Assembly: GCA_050944875.1 (NCBI GenBank)
Contig: JBMNRW010000002.1
Span: 67,009-107,019, forward strand
Source of the DNA: Patescibacteria group bacterium
GTDB taxonomy: Bacteria; Patescibacteriota; UBA1384; JACPKC01
DNA length: 40,011 bases
Direction of reading: 5' to 3'
Shown here: one piece after another, positions 26,624-36,307 of the stretch
Position numbering within the stretch: position 1 is the first letter of the stretch
Layout: every line of letters starts with the position of its first letter
The notes under the pieces: generated by a model
The model's database searches: none
What the model saw: only the letters and a program-made list of their open reading frames with translations
What the model was told of the DNA's origin: nothing
Translations under genes and position numbers: made by a program

Positions 26624-29427
26624 AACGGCGTCGCGTTCGCCTGGGGTGACTTCGTCTGTGCCTCGTTGCCGGTCTTGTCGACGGGTCGGAGCGTAAAGTA
26701 GTACTTCGTCCCGCTCGTCAGCTCACCGACGACGAAGCTCGACGTGCTACCAGCAGAGACGAGGATGTCCGTGCCGTGCTTCGTGCCGAACGATCCAGCC
26801 GCTGTTGAAACGTAGATCCGGACACGTTCGAGATCGCTGTCCGCGGGGTTGATCCACTGGAGGCGAACAGCGCCGGATTGCGGGATAGCGCTCACGGTCG
26901 TGATATCTGCAGGAGCCTTTACGTCACCTTGTGTTCCCACTGTGATAGTTGTGCTTGCGGTCGCACCGTTGGTATCGGTGACAGTTACGGTTAGCGTGTG
27001 GCTTCCGCTGCCGAGCGCGTTCGCGTTGAGCGTAAACCGGAACGGCCCAACGGTTTTTGTCTCTCGCGTTGCGTTGTCGACGGCCAGTGCGACGCTCTGT
27101 ACGTCGAAGTGCGCGCTCGCTTCAACCACGACCTCGAAGTTACCTTCTACCGTCGAGCCGTCCGCTGGCGAGGTGATGCGCGCCCGCGGCACCGTTGCTT
27201 CCGTATAGTCGTCAGTTTCTTTCGGCGGGTACCCGACATCGATGCCTGCGTTTCGCGCCCAAGCGATGACCGGGTTTTCCCAGCTTGGGTTGTCGGGCCG
27301 TTCGGAGTGGATGACGGTGTACGTCCGGGTTTCTCTGAGTGATTCTGGGGTAAACTCGGTCGCCAGTTTTCCGTTGAGCTTATTCACGACCACTTTCACA
27401 TGGATGTCGTCACGGTCTTTCGGCATCTGCCAAGGTGCGAAGAGATCAGTGATCGCCTCGGGCGATGACTCGGTCGGGAGCTTGTTCGACAACTTGTCGA
27501 CCGTGACGTCTTTGACTGAGTTCGGTCGAGCGAACTCCTCAGCTGGCGTCCCGTCGAGGGCGAGGCGAATGAACTTATTGAAGATCGGGGCAGCAACGAC
27601 GGAGCCGTCAGCGCCTGCCTTCATTGCACGGTTATCGTTGTTCCCAACCCAGACTGCGACGGACAAGCTCGGGGTGTACCCCACGGTCCAGCCGTCGTGG
27701 AACTCCTGCGTGGTTCCGGTTTTCGCCGCGACAGGGCGGTCGGGGAAGAAGAGCGCGGAGCGGGGCCCGAAGACCGGCGTACGCGCACCGTTGTCCGCAA
27801 GGATGCTCGTGATCTGGTAAGCGATCGCCGGATTAAGCGCCTCTTTCTCGCCCTGACGCTCCTTGTGTTCGTAGAGCACTTTCCCGTCCGGGCTCTCTAC
27901 CTTGAGAATGCTGACCGGTGGGCGGTACGTCCCGCCGTTCGCAAAGACGCCGAAGGCGGTTGCCATATCGAGCGGCCGCACTTCGCCACCGCCGAGCACG
28001 AGCGAGAGGCCGTACCGTTCGGGATTATTGAGCGTCGTGATGCCCATGTCCTTCGCAGTCTTGAGCGCGCCGTCCAATCCGACGAGGGCGAGCATCTTCA
28101 CCGCCGGGATGTTGAGGGAGTTCGCGAGCGAGTGACGGATCGAGACTGGGCCAGAGAACGAGCCGTTGTAGTTGTTTGGCGCGTAGTTTCCGAAATCAGT
28201 CGGCACATCCCAGAGCACGTACCCGGGGTTGTACTGCTGCTTGAACCCGGCGGCGTACACGATCGGCTTAAAGCTCGAACCCGGCTGTCTGGAGGCGAGT
28301 GTGACGTTGACGTTGCCGCCATTGTCCTTATCGAAGAAGTCGTGCGAGCCGACCATCGCGTCGATGGTACCGGTCTTCGGGTTCACAGCGACGAGCGCTG
28401 CGTTCGAGCCACCACGGCGCTCGACGTTTGGCATCCCCTCGGCGACGGCCTGCTCGGCTTTCTTCTGGTAGTCGAGGTTGAGTGTCGTCTGCACCTTGAG
28501 GCCGCCCTCTTCGACCGTCTGCTCGTCGAACATCTCGACAAGCTGCTCACGGACGTAGAAGACGAAGTGCGGTGCGGTGAAGCTCTCGCGTCGCGGGATG
28601 ACTTCGATCGCCTTCGTCTTGGCGGCGTCAGCGTCTTCGCGCGTGACGTTGCCGAGTTCCACCATGGAGTCGAGGATCCAGTCGCGTCGTGCCTTGAGCT
28701 CGTCCGTGTGCGTGCCGTACGGCGAGAAGTAGGTCGGGCGTTGCGGGATCGCGGCGAGCGTCGCGGCCTCGTGGAGCTCGAGCGCCTTCGCATCTTTCCC
28801 GAAGAACGTCTGCGCCGCCGCTTGGATGCCGTAGATGTTTGAGCCGTACGGGATCTCGTTTAAGTACGCGGTGAGGATCTCGTCCTTTGAGTACATCGTC
28901 TCGATTTCGACGGCGAGAATAAGTTCTTTGATCTTCCGATCGAACGACTTGCTGTTCGTGAGAATCGCATTCTTCACGTACTGCTGGGTAATTGTCGATC
29001 CACCGACACGTTGACCACGGAAGATATCGTTGAACGCTGCCCGGGCGATACCTTTTGGATCAAAGCCCCAGTGCTTGTAGAAGTTGCGGTCCTCGGCAGC
29101 GAGCGTGGCTTGCCGTGAAGTCGGGAGAATGTCCTCCGGCTTGAGAACGGTCCGCTTCTCATCGCCGTGTACCTCGTAGAGCGTTTCGCCGCCAAGCGCG
29201 AGGATCTTCGTTGACTGCGCCGCCTGCCGCGCTTTGATCTTGCCCGGCGTTGGAAGGTCCTTTGAGTACCACGCGAAGAGCGCTGCGGCAGTGAAGACGC
29301 CGAGTACGGCGAGAATTCGCGTTACGCGCCACACCAGGGGCCAGTTTAGTTTGAACCGCTTCGAACGGAAGATGCGCCGGCCGTTCCGGAGCTTGAGGGG
29401 GTTATGAAGTCGAAAGAGATCACGCAT
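26620..29427 (-). CDS. Class A bifunctional PBP (PBP1A-type) with C-terminal Ig-like and FN3 domains
   Basis: Likely ATG at 29427; TM, GT51 motifs ([35 protein letters not shown]), transpeptidase [16 protein letters not shown]; then RITSPADG Ig-like and FN3 (LQW...YYF.LRPVD..GNE). Confidence 0.93.
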   Translation of the reverse strand: MRDLFRLHNPLKLRNGRRIFRSKRFKLNWPLVWRVTRILAVLGVFTAAALFAWYSKDLPTPGKIKARQAAQSTKILALGGETLYEVHGDEKRTVLKPEDILPTSRQATLAAEDRNFYKHWGFDPKGIARAAFNDIFRGQRVGGSTITQQYVKNAILTNSKSFDRKIKELILAVEIETMYSKDEILTAYLNEIPYGSNIYGIQAAAQTFFGKDAKALELHEAATLAAIPQRPTYFSPYGTHTDELKARRDWILDSMVELGNVTREDADAAKTKAIEVIPRRESFTAPHFVFYVREQLVEMFDEQTVEEGGLKVQTTLNLDYQKKAEQAVAEGMPNVERRGGSNAALVAVNPKTGTIDAMVGSHDFFDKDNGGNVNVTLASRQPGSSFKPIVYAAGFKQQYNPGYVLWDVPTDFGNYAPNNYNGSFSGPVSIRHSLANSLNIPAVKMLALVGLDGALKTAKDMGITTLNNPERYGLSLVLGGGEVRPLDMATAFGVFANGGTYRPPVSILKVESPDGKVLYEHKERQGEKEALNPAIAYQITSILADNGARTPVFGPRSALFFPDRPVAAKTGTTQEFHDGWTVGYTPSLSVAVWVGNNDNRAMKAGADGSVVAAPIFNKFIRLALDGTPAEEFARPNSVKDVTVDKLSNKLPTESSPEAITDLFAPWQMPKDRDDIHVKVVVNKLNGKLATEFTPESLRETRTYTVIHSERPDNPSWENPVIAWARNAGIDVGYPPKETDDYTEATVPRARITSPADGSTVEGNFEVVVEASAHFDVQSVALAVDNATRETKTVGPFRFTLNANALGSGSHTLTVTVTDTNGATASTTITVGTQGDVKAPADITTVSAIPQSGAVRLQWINPADSDLERVRIYVSTAAGSFGTKHGTDILVSAGSTSSFVVGELTSGTKYYFTLRPVDKTGNEAQTKSPQANATPF

Positions 29428-29558
29428 ATGCCGACAGTTTACCACGAACTCGGGGAGGAGCTGAATGCTCCCACCTGGTGGTAGCGACAATTTCAGGAGA
29501 CCGGTATACTCTGCCCTGCAGAGTAGAGCGCCACTAGCTGGCGGAATATGGAGGACGC

Positions 29559-30749
29559 GTGGCTGCGCCCAAACCGTACTGGCAACTTGCCGCCGAAGAG
29601 ACGTACCCGAACGACGCTGCATTCGCTCGATTCCTCGCGGGTGGACCTCGTCGCGTGTACTTCGGCATTGACCCTACGTCGCCGATGATCCATATCGGCC
29701 ACGCAGTGCCCCTGCGCATCCTGCGCTCACTCCAGGAGGAAGGGCATCACGTCACCCTGCTCATTGGCTCGTTCACGACGCTCGTGGGCGACCCCTCTGG
29801 CCGCGATGTGACGCGTCCAGTCCTCACTGAGCAGGATATCGCGGCGAACATGCGGACGTACACCGAGCAAGTCTCGCGTATTCTCGACCTGAAGCGGACA
29901 ACGGTCCTCGAGAATAGTGCGTGGTACACCGACCCACGAAAGCTCGGCACGCTTCGGAGGTTCCTCGAGCTCGGGCAGTCGTTTACCGCTGCCCAGCTCT
30001 GGGAGCGGGATATGTTCCAGGAGCGGCAGCGAAAGGGTCAGCCGGTCACGTTGACGGAGTTCATCTACCCGGTTCTTCAGGCCTACGACTTTGCGACAAT
30101 GGATGCCGAGGTGCAGGTTGGCGGCACTGACCAGACCTTCAATATGCTCGCCGGACGCGAGCTTGCGAAGAAGCTCGGTACTGGTGAGAAGTTCGTTGTC
30201 ACAACGCGACTTCTGCGCGGGACAGACGGGCGGAAAATGTCGAAGTCGTTTGGCAATACCATCGGTGTCACTGAGGCGCCTGCTGAGATGTACGGCAAGC
30301 TCATGAGCGTCCGCGACGAGCTTATTGCCGAGTACTACGAGCTGGCTGCCGGCGTGGACGCGAGCGCTCCAGAGCTGCGCTCGCGCGTTGAGAGCGACCC
30401 GCGCGGCGCGAAAGCGGCGATGGCACATGAAGTCGTCACGTTCTACCACGGCGCGGTGGCGGCTGAGCAGGCGGCTCGGGCGTTCGATGCGCGGTTCCGC
30501 GACGGCGAGCTCCCCACCAATATCGAAGAGCGGACACCGTCCGTACTGCACGAGGAGAAGCTCGCGTTCTTCCTCGTTGATCTCGGCTTGGCGACTTCCA
30601 AGTCGGAAGCTACGCGCCTCATCCAGCAGGGCGGCGTCGTCGTGGACGGCGTACGCATCGAAGACCCGTACGCCGTACTAACGCCGTACGGCGGCATGGT
30701 AATCCAAGTCGGTAAGCGGCGCGTTATTAAGATTAAGGCGGGCGCATGA
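29559..30749 (+). CDS. tyrS: Tyrosine--tRNA ligase
   Basis: YFGIDPT, HIGH, YPVLQAYD, GGTDQ.FN, KMSKS, C-terminal S4 domain (SKSEA.RLIQQGGV...GKRR). Confidence 0.97.
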   Translation: MAAPKPYWQLAAEETYPNDAAFARFLAGGPRRVYFGIDPTSPMIHIGHAVPLRILRSLQEEGHHVTLLIGSFTTLVGDPSGRDVTRPVLTEQDIAANMRTYTEQVSRILDLKRTTVLENSAWYTDPRKLGTLRRFLELGQSFTAAQLWERDMFQERQRKGQPVTLTEFIYPVLQAYDFATMDAEVQVGGTDQTFNMLAGRELAKKLGTGEKFVVTTRLLRGTDGRKMSKSFGNTIGVTEAPAEMYGKLMSVRDELIAEYYELAAGVDASAPELRSRVESDPRGAKAAMAHEVVTFYHGAVAAEQAARAFDARFRDGELPTNIEERTPSVLHEEKLAFFLVDLGLATSKSEATRLIQQGGVVVDGVRIEDPYAVLTPYGGMVIQVGKRRVIKIKAGA

Positions 30750-32416
30750 CGGCGTACCTCGCCGCCATCAAGGCTCGGGTTGAGTCCGTGCTCGGGAATG
30801 AGTACGTGGTGACGACCGAGCTCCCGCATGGGCAGACAGCCTGGCTCGCCGTGCCAGTCTTCGCTCGGGCGAAGGCTGAAGGTCGCGCCGTGCCGGAGGT
30901 CGCGACAGATGTCGCTGCGGCGCTTCGCGAAGCGCTACCTGACGTCGACGTCACAGCGGCCGGAGGGTTTGTGAACATCACGCCACACGAGGTGCAGTCG
31001 GTACTCGTCCCCGAATCGCTCGAGCAGGTAGGTGATGCTGGTCTCGGCAAGACGATCGTCATCGACTACTCGCAGCCGAATATTGCGAAGCGGATGAGCG
31101 TCGGCCACCTGCGCTCCACGATTATCGGTCACACCCTGCGTGCGCTCTACGAAGCGCTTGGCTACACAGTGGTTGGCATCAACTACCTCGGCGACTGGGG
31201 GACGCAGTACGGGAAGCTCGTCGTGGCGTACGAGCGAAAGTACGGCGACCTGGTGCCACGTGACACCGTCACGATTCAGGAGCTCTTCGACCTGTACGTC
31301 GGGTACCACGCAGACGACGACGGCTCCCAAGATGACGCGGCTCGGGCAATGTTTAAGCTCCTCGAAGATGGCGATCCGGCGGTGACTGCGCTCTGGCAGT
31401 TCTTCGTCGACCTGTCGCTTGAGGAGTACCAGATGATCTACGACCGCCTGCACGTATCGTTCACTGAACCGAAGATGGGGGAGAGCGCTCACCGCGCTAC
31501 GTTTGACGAGGTTACTGGCATTGTTCGGTCGGCTGGCGTCTCCCGCGAGTCGGAGGGCGCCGAGATCGTCGAGCTTCCCGATTTGGACGCACCGATGATC
31601 CTCCGCAAGTCGGATGGCGCGACGACGTACGCGACGCGTGACCTCGCTGCGCTCAAGTACCGGGTCGAGACCTATTCGCCTGAGGCAGTTCTCTACGTCG
31701 TCTCGAATGAGCAGACGCTCCATTTTAGGCAAGTGTTCGCTGTTGCTCGGATGGTTGGGATTGCGCCTGAGTCCGTCGCCCTCGAGCACGTGAAATTCGG
31801 CTTCGTCCGTTTGCCCGAGGGGAAGATGAGTACACGGGCTGGTCGCGTTGTATTCCTGGAAGAGGTCCTCGATGAGGCGGTGCGACGGGCGCGGGTGATC
31901 GTCGATGAGAAGAACCCCGATTTACCCGAAACACAGCGTGCCGAAATCGCAGAGGTGGTCGGCATCGGCGCCGTGAAATTCTTCGACTTATCTCACGACC
32001 GAAAGCACGATATTGTCTTCGACTGGGATCGGATGCTCTCGCTGTCCGGTGACTCCGCCCCGTACCTCCAGTACACATACACCAGGGCGGCGCAGATCCT
32101 CGGGAAAATCACCGACGTCAACCAGATCGGTACGCAACGCCTTGCCGATCTGCCGACTGACGTCCAGCTTCTACTTCGTACGCTCGCGAAGTACCCGCTC
32201 GTCGTCGAGGCGGCAGCGCGGCAGTACGCCCCGCACACGCTCGCGCAGTATCTCCTGGAGCTCGCCGGGCAGTTTAGTCGGTTCTACGAAAACTACCCTG
32301 TACTTCAGTCGTCCGAGACTGAGCGTCCAGTTCGGCGTGCGATCGTCGAGCGGGTTGCAACAACGCTCCGGCAGGGGCTCGGCCTGCTCGGCATTGATGT
32401 CCTCGAGACGATGTAG
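30746..32416 (+). CDS. argS: Arginine--tRNA ligase
   Basis: IDYSQPNIAK.MSVGHLRSTIIG, NYLGDWGTQ, KSDGATTY..RD, KMSTRAG, GDSAPYLQY, F..FYE. Confidence 0.97.
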   Translation: MTAYLAAIKARVESVLGNEYVVTTELPHGQTAWLAVPVFARAKAEGRAVPEVATDVAAALREALPDVDVTAAGGFVNITPHEVQSVLVPESLEQVGDAGLGKTIVIDYSQPNIAKRMSVGHLRSTIIGHTLRALYEALGYTVVGINYLGDWGTQYGKLVVAYERKYGDLVPRDTVTIQELFDLYVGYHADDDGSQDDAARAMFKLLEDGDPAVTALWQFFVDLSLEEYQMIYDRLHVSFTEPKMGESAHRATFDEVTGIVRSAGVSRESEGAEIVELPDLDAPMILRKSDGATTYATRDLAALKYRVETYSPEAVLYVVSNEQTLHFRQVFAVARMVGIAPESVALEHVKFGFVRLPEGKMSTRAGRVVFLEEVLDEAVRRARVIVDEKNPDLPETQRAEIAEVVGIGAVKFFDLSHDRKHDIVFDWDRMLSLSGDSAPYLQYTYTRAAQILGKITDVNQIGTQRLADLPTDVQLLLRTLAKYPLVVEAAARQYAPHTLAQYLLELAGQFSRFYENYPVLQSSETERPVRRAIVERVATTLRQGLGLLGIDVLETM

Positions 32417-32425
32417 TGATTCGGC

Positions 32426-34684
32426 CTAGAGCGGGAAGGCGTACACGGCGCTATCCGTCAGGACGTACGCCCGTTTGCTGTCTGGTGTCAGGGCGAGGTC
32501 GATGAGCGCACCAGTGCCATCGTTAAGCGCGTACTGCTTTTGGAACCTGCCGGTTTTGTCGAGGGCGATGATCCGCTGTCCGTCAATCACGTACACTGAG
32601 CCACTCTCTTCGCTCGTGGCAATCCGCTTCGGCGCGCTGATCGTCTCAGATGGCTTCGGGATGTCGCGAACGCGGAACTCAACGGCTTTGCCGCGCGTGA
32701 ACTTCATGACGCTGCCCTCTTGGGTAAGGACGTAGATACTACCATCGATGGCGATATCTATTCCGTTCGTGAGAGTTGTGCCGTCTGCCACGTAGGGCTC
32801 TGCGCCACCGAAGCTACCCTCTTTCGCTGGGTACTTCCAGATCTGTCCCTCACTCGGGGCAAGTGCGTAGAGGTTACCGAGGAACGTCGCAAGGCGCGTG
32901 CTCTTCTTCCAGCTCTCTGCTGATCCGAGTACGTCCGGCGCGCCCGCTGGGTCGGTGATGCGGTGCCCGGTAAGGCTGTCCGTGATCACGGCGAGCGCGC
33001 TGCCGTCGCCCAGTCCCACGAGATCGACGGCGTTGGACGTTAGTGTGGTAGTTGTGCTTTCGCCCCCGCTCGCGCTCGTCGTCACCGTAGTGGTTCCTTG
33101 GGCGACAGTAACTCTGTTCCCCCAGACGGCGACTGCGCTGCCATTCTTGATGGAAAGGATGAGTTCGGGGGACGTGAGACGGGTTGTGCTCGTGAGCGCG
33201 TCGAGCTGACTCTGGGCGTCGTCGCGAACTCGGGTCGCGTGCTCTGCGACAGGCGAGTCGCTGAGTGCAGTAGCTCCTGAGAGTACGGATTGGAAACCGT
33301 CGATCGCTTTGTCCGGCTGGTTGAAAATCTTCGCGAGCTTCGCCTCTTCGAGCTTGTCTTCAAGGCTCGTCAGTGCCGCTTGCGCGTCGGCTCGCGCCCG
33401 TTCGACTGCACTACCCTTCGTCATGGCGTACAGGTTAACAACGAGCATAAGTGCGAGGAGACCTGTCGTAGTCGGGAGCCAGAGGGTGCGGTAGTCGGGG
33501 AGGCGGGCAGACCGAAGTGCTGTCGTGAGTGACCGGAGGCGGGGGAGTGTGCGTGTTGTAGTGACGGCGGGGAACGGGTTGTACTCGCGGATCCGGTGCG
33601 TCGATGTTGACGTTGGGGAGGGTACGTTCACTGGCTCTGGTGCGCGGTAGTCGTTCACGGCGAATATCGGCTGGCCAATTAGACTCTCTGCTCCGCGCTC
33701 AGGATTCTCAGTCTGCTTCTCTGCCTGCTGCGCGAGGGGTAGTGGTGCCGGCGTCGCCGGTGTTGGACGCAGTCGCGCGAGCTGCGCCTTCGCCCACCGA
33801 GTAGCTTGGTCAACGTGCTCAGTCGCTCGCGGCAGTACCCGGTGGCGGACGGCACCGTCGATGTGTGTGTTCGCCGATTTCAGCCAGCCCCTGGCGTGCA
33901 GGAATGAGTTATGGAGTTGGCGGGCTGTTGAGGTTACGGCGAGCTGCCAATTCGTCACACTGCTAGTGTCGAGGTAGAGGGTTTCTGGTAGCGGTGTTGA
34001 GAGTTGTGGACGTTTTGCAGGATCGACTGCTTCGACAATGAGCGCGTTCACCCATTGCGCACGCTTGTTCTTGAGAGTTGATGCTAGTCGGAGCGCAACG
34101 GCGGAAAAATCCATGTCAGGAAAGATTGTGTCGGCGAGTGTACTGTCTGGTATTGCTTCGATTAGACCGCTCGTAGCGAAGAGGAGCTGGTCACTCGGTT
34201 CGAGTGCCCCAGAGATGACCGCGCCGAAGGTTTTTTCAGGAATTGTTTCCGCTGGTTGCGCATCGAATACGCGGGTCACCTTGCTGTGACGAGCGAGCCA
34301 GCCATGCGCACTGCCGGTCGGTGCGACGTGGACGTCGCTGCCATTGATGAGCGCGAGGATTCCGTGAAGTTGCCCGATCCACTCGGCATCGCCGCTCCGC
34401 GCGAAGTGGGCCAGCGTTTCGTTGACCTTCTTTAAGGCTCGTTCGAAGTTCGCGACAGCGTCCTGATCCTCGCCACGGTAGTACTCGCGCGCGGCTGTGT
34501 TGATGATCGTCTGCCCGACCTGGGCAGTGGGGTAGAGCGGATTCTCGATCTCGAGAATCGCAAAGAAGCGCTCGGTATCGCGCTTCTCAGGGTCGGTCGG
34601 TCCTTTCACCTGGACGGTGAGGTACCGATCAGCGAGCTTCCCGCTGTTCGTAAGGCGTACATGTCTCAGCGTACCGGTTGGCAT
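32426..34684 (-). CDS. Conserved hypothetical membrane protein: degenerate PP2C-like N-domain, TM, coiled coil, beta-propeller C-domain
   Basis: GGAGGG RBS; N-terminal alpha/beta region with PP2C-like strand order, TM near LLALMLVVNLYAM, repeated blades (YALAPSEGQIWKY, IDIAIDGSIYVL, GSVYVIDGQRI). Confidence 0.8.
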   Translation of the reverse strand: MPTGTLRHVRLTNSGKLADRYLTVQVKGPTDPEKRDTERFFAILEIENPLYPTAQVGQTIINTAAREYYRGEDQDAVANFERALKKVNETLAHFARSGDAEWIGQLHGILALINGSDVHVAPTGSAHGWLARHSKVTRVFDAQPAETIPEKTFGAVISGALEPSDQLLFATSGLIEAIPDSTLADTIFPDMDFSAVALRLASTLKNKRAQWVNALIVEAVDPAKRPQLSTPLPETLYLDTSSVTNWQLAVTSTARQLHNSFLHARGWLKSANTHIDGAVRHRVLPRATEHVDQATRWAKAQLARLRPTPATPAPLPLAQQAEKQTENPERGAESLIGQPIFAVNDYRAPEPVNVPSPTSTSTHRIREYNPFPAVTTTRTLPRLRSLTTALRSARLPDYRTLWLPTTTGLLALMLVVNLYAMTKGSAVERARADAQAALTSLEDKLEEAKLAKIFNQPDKAIDGFQSVLSGATALSDSPVAEHATRVRDDAQSQLDALTSTTRLTSPELILSIKNGSAVAVWGNRVTVAQGTTTVTTSASGGESTTTTLTSNAVDLVGLGDGSALAVITDSLTGHRITDPAGAPDVLGSAESWKKSTRLATFLGNLYALAPSEGQIWKYPAKEGSFGGAEPYVADGTTLTNGIDIAIDGSIYVLTQEGSVMKFTRGKAVEFRVRDIPKPSETISAPKRIATSEESGSVYVIDGQRIIALDKTGRFQKQYALNDGTGALIDLALTPDSKRAYVLTDSAVYAFPL

Positions 34685-34727
34685 ACTTCGGTCTGCTCCC
34701 TCCAGGACAATGACGCGTGCTGTCGTG

Positions 34728-34805
34728 TGGTCGGGGTGGGCGGATTCGAACCGCCGGTCTCCAGACCCCCAGCCTGGCGCATTGGGCCAACTATGCTACA
34801 CCCCG
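34728..34805 (-). tRNA. tRNA-Pro(GGG)
   Basis: CGGGGTG acceptor/CACCCCG-A-CCA, anticodon arm CCAGG-CTGGGGG-TCTGG, T arm GGCGG-TTCGAAT-CCGCC. Confidence 0.96.
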
Positions 34806-34851
34806 GCGTTTCTGTTCCCACAAGGTGACTACCGCGACGCGCGGTACCGAC

Positions 34852-34860
34852 AGTATAGCA
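34852..34860 (-). promoter_or_regulatory. Extended -10 promoter for tRNA-Pro
   Basis: TG-C-TATACT on the minus strand, about 46 nt upstream of the mature 5' end. Confidence 0.5.
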
Positions 34861-34870
34861 GCCGATCGTT

Positions 34871-35479
34871 CTAGGCTCCAGTTAGGAATCGGGTCAGTGT
34901 CTGGGCCGTCTCGGTGAGGAGCGTGCCGAGCGGTGTTGAGCGGAGCGCAACCAGGAGGGCGATGATGAGGATGAGCGAGCTCTGCTGCGCGAGTTCGTAG
35001 GCTTCTTCACCAAAAAGAACGCGAATGATCTTCGATCCGTCGAGCGGTGGGACAGGGAGGAGGTTGAAGAGCATGAGGAAGAGATTGATTTGCATTGTCA
35101 GGATAAGGACGAGTCCAAGAATTGGTTGGTCACCAAGGAGCTGGTAGGCGAGTCCGAGAATTGTGGCGAGGAGGAAGTTGCTCGCCGGCCCAGCGAGTGC
35201 GACCAGGAGTTCGTCTAGTGCTGGTCGGGCGAAGTATTGTGGATTAACAGGCACCGGTTTGCCCCAGCCAAACCCCGCGACGAAGAGGAGGAGTGTGCCG
35301 ATCGGGTCGAGGTGGGCGAGTGGGTTGAGCGTCACGCGACCGTGGTATTTTGCAGTAGGGTCCCCAAGGAGGAGTGCAACCCAGGCGTGCGCAAACTCGT
35401 GCACTGTAAGGGCGATCATGAGGGCGACCACGAAGAGTAGGATGGCGATAGGATTTGAGAAAAGGTCGAGTACGAGCAT
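34871..35479 (-). CDS. Site-2 protease family (peptidase M50) intramembrane metalloprotease
   Basis: HEFAH, TLNPLAHLDPIG, GWGKPVPVNP, LAGPASN, NLLPVPPLDG. Confidence 0.95.
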   Translation of the reverse strand: MLVLDLFSNPIAILLFVVALMIALTVHEFAHAWVALLLGDPTAKYHGRVTLNPLAHLDPIGTLLLFVAGFGWGKPVPVNPQYFARPALDELLVALAGPASNFLLATILGLAYQLLGDQPILGLVLILTMQINLFLMLFNLLPVPPLDGSKIIRVLFGEEAYELAQQSSLILIIALLVALRSTPLGTLLTETAQTLTRFLTGA

Positions 35480-35548
35480 GATCCTCCCTTGTGTCGTTGT
35501 GCTGCGTATGCTATCGTACCCCCGTTACGAACGAAAGGGAGTACTGGC

Positions 35549-35740
35549 ATGCACGTCACCCATCTCAAGCGTCCAGCAGCTCGGTTCTGCCAGCTTTGTG
35601 GCAAGGAACCAGTTTCTGGCCAGAATAAGTCGCACTCGCAGCGGAAGACGAAGCGCACGATCCGCCCGAACCTCCAGCGTTTCGGACAGGGGTTCGTCTG
35701 TACCCGCTGCTTAAAGACGCTCGAACGCGCACTCGCGTAA
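35549..35740 (+). CDS. rpmB: 50S ribosomal protein L28 (four-Cys form)
   Basis: CQLCGK.P..GQN.SHS.RKTKR..RPNLQ...VCTRCLK; GAAAGGGAG RBS. Confidence 0.92.
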   Translation: MHVTHLKRPAARFCQLCGKEPVSGQNKSHSQRKTKRTIRPNLQRFGQGFVCTRCLKTLERALA

Positions 35741-35763
35741 CGGCACATACACAAATTTAACAC

Positions 35764-35795
35764 AAGTACACCCCCTCATGTGAGGGGGTGTACTT
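35764..35795. terminator. Perfect inverted repeat between convergent rpmB and zinc-ribbon genes
   Basis: AAGTACACCCCCTCA-TG-TGAGGGGGTGTACTT: 15-bp perfect arms with short A/T flanks. Confidence 0.75.
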
Positions 35796-35820
35796 TAGTT
35801 CTGGAACGAGCGTACTGGTG

Positions 35821-36123
35821 TTAGGCTACTGGAGCCTCAGTGGAACGCTTCTCAGCGAAGCAGTTCCGGCACAGGACGTCTTCGCGCTCAGGCTTGAATG
35901 GCACTTGGCCAGGCTGCCCGCAGTTTGCGCACACGATGTCGTACATCTGGCGCTCACCCATCGAACCGTTGCCGCCCTGCTGCCGTTCTGCGCGCTTTTT
36001 GGCGCGGCAGTCCTTACAGCGAGTGGGCTGGCTAAGGCCCTTCTGCGCGTAGAATTCCTGCTCACCGCTCGACCAAACGAATTCCTGCCCACAGTCGCGG
36101 CAGGTCAAGGTTTGATCTTGCAT
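35821..36123 (-). CDS. Zinc-ribbon protein (zf-trcl-like plus CxxC-x17-CxxC-like domain)
   Basis: MQDQTLTCRDCGQEFVWSSGEQEFYAQKGL.QPTRCKDCR ... MYDIVCANCG....VPFKP.....VLCRNCF; AAGGAAG RBS. Confidence 0.9.
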   Translation of the reverse strand: MQDQTLTCRDCGQEFVWSSGEQEFYAQKGLSQPTRCKDCRAKKRAERQQGGNGSMGERQMYDIVCANCGQPGQVPFKPEREDVLCRNCFAEKRSTEAPVA

Positions 36124-36307
36124 GAACTTCCTTTATTCCGTGACACTTCCATCGTCGCCACGTTCGACCTATTAGTACGCACGTTCGATGTGCGAACATA
36201 GTAGCACAGTCGGCGAGTTTCGTCAATCTGAACGGGGGTGTTTCTCGGTAATTTCGCGAGTGTTGCGCATTGCGGTCACTCGGAGCGGTTGGTACGATTC
36301 TGCCACG

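Noticed and set aside
29428-29558. Possible T-box leader upstream of tyrS
   Set aside because: The 131-nt spacer is shared with the divergent PBP gene and shows no T-box (AAGGTGGTACC-like) or specifier-stem pattern.
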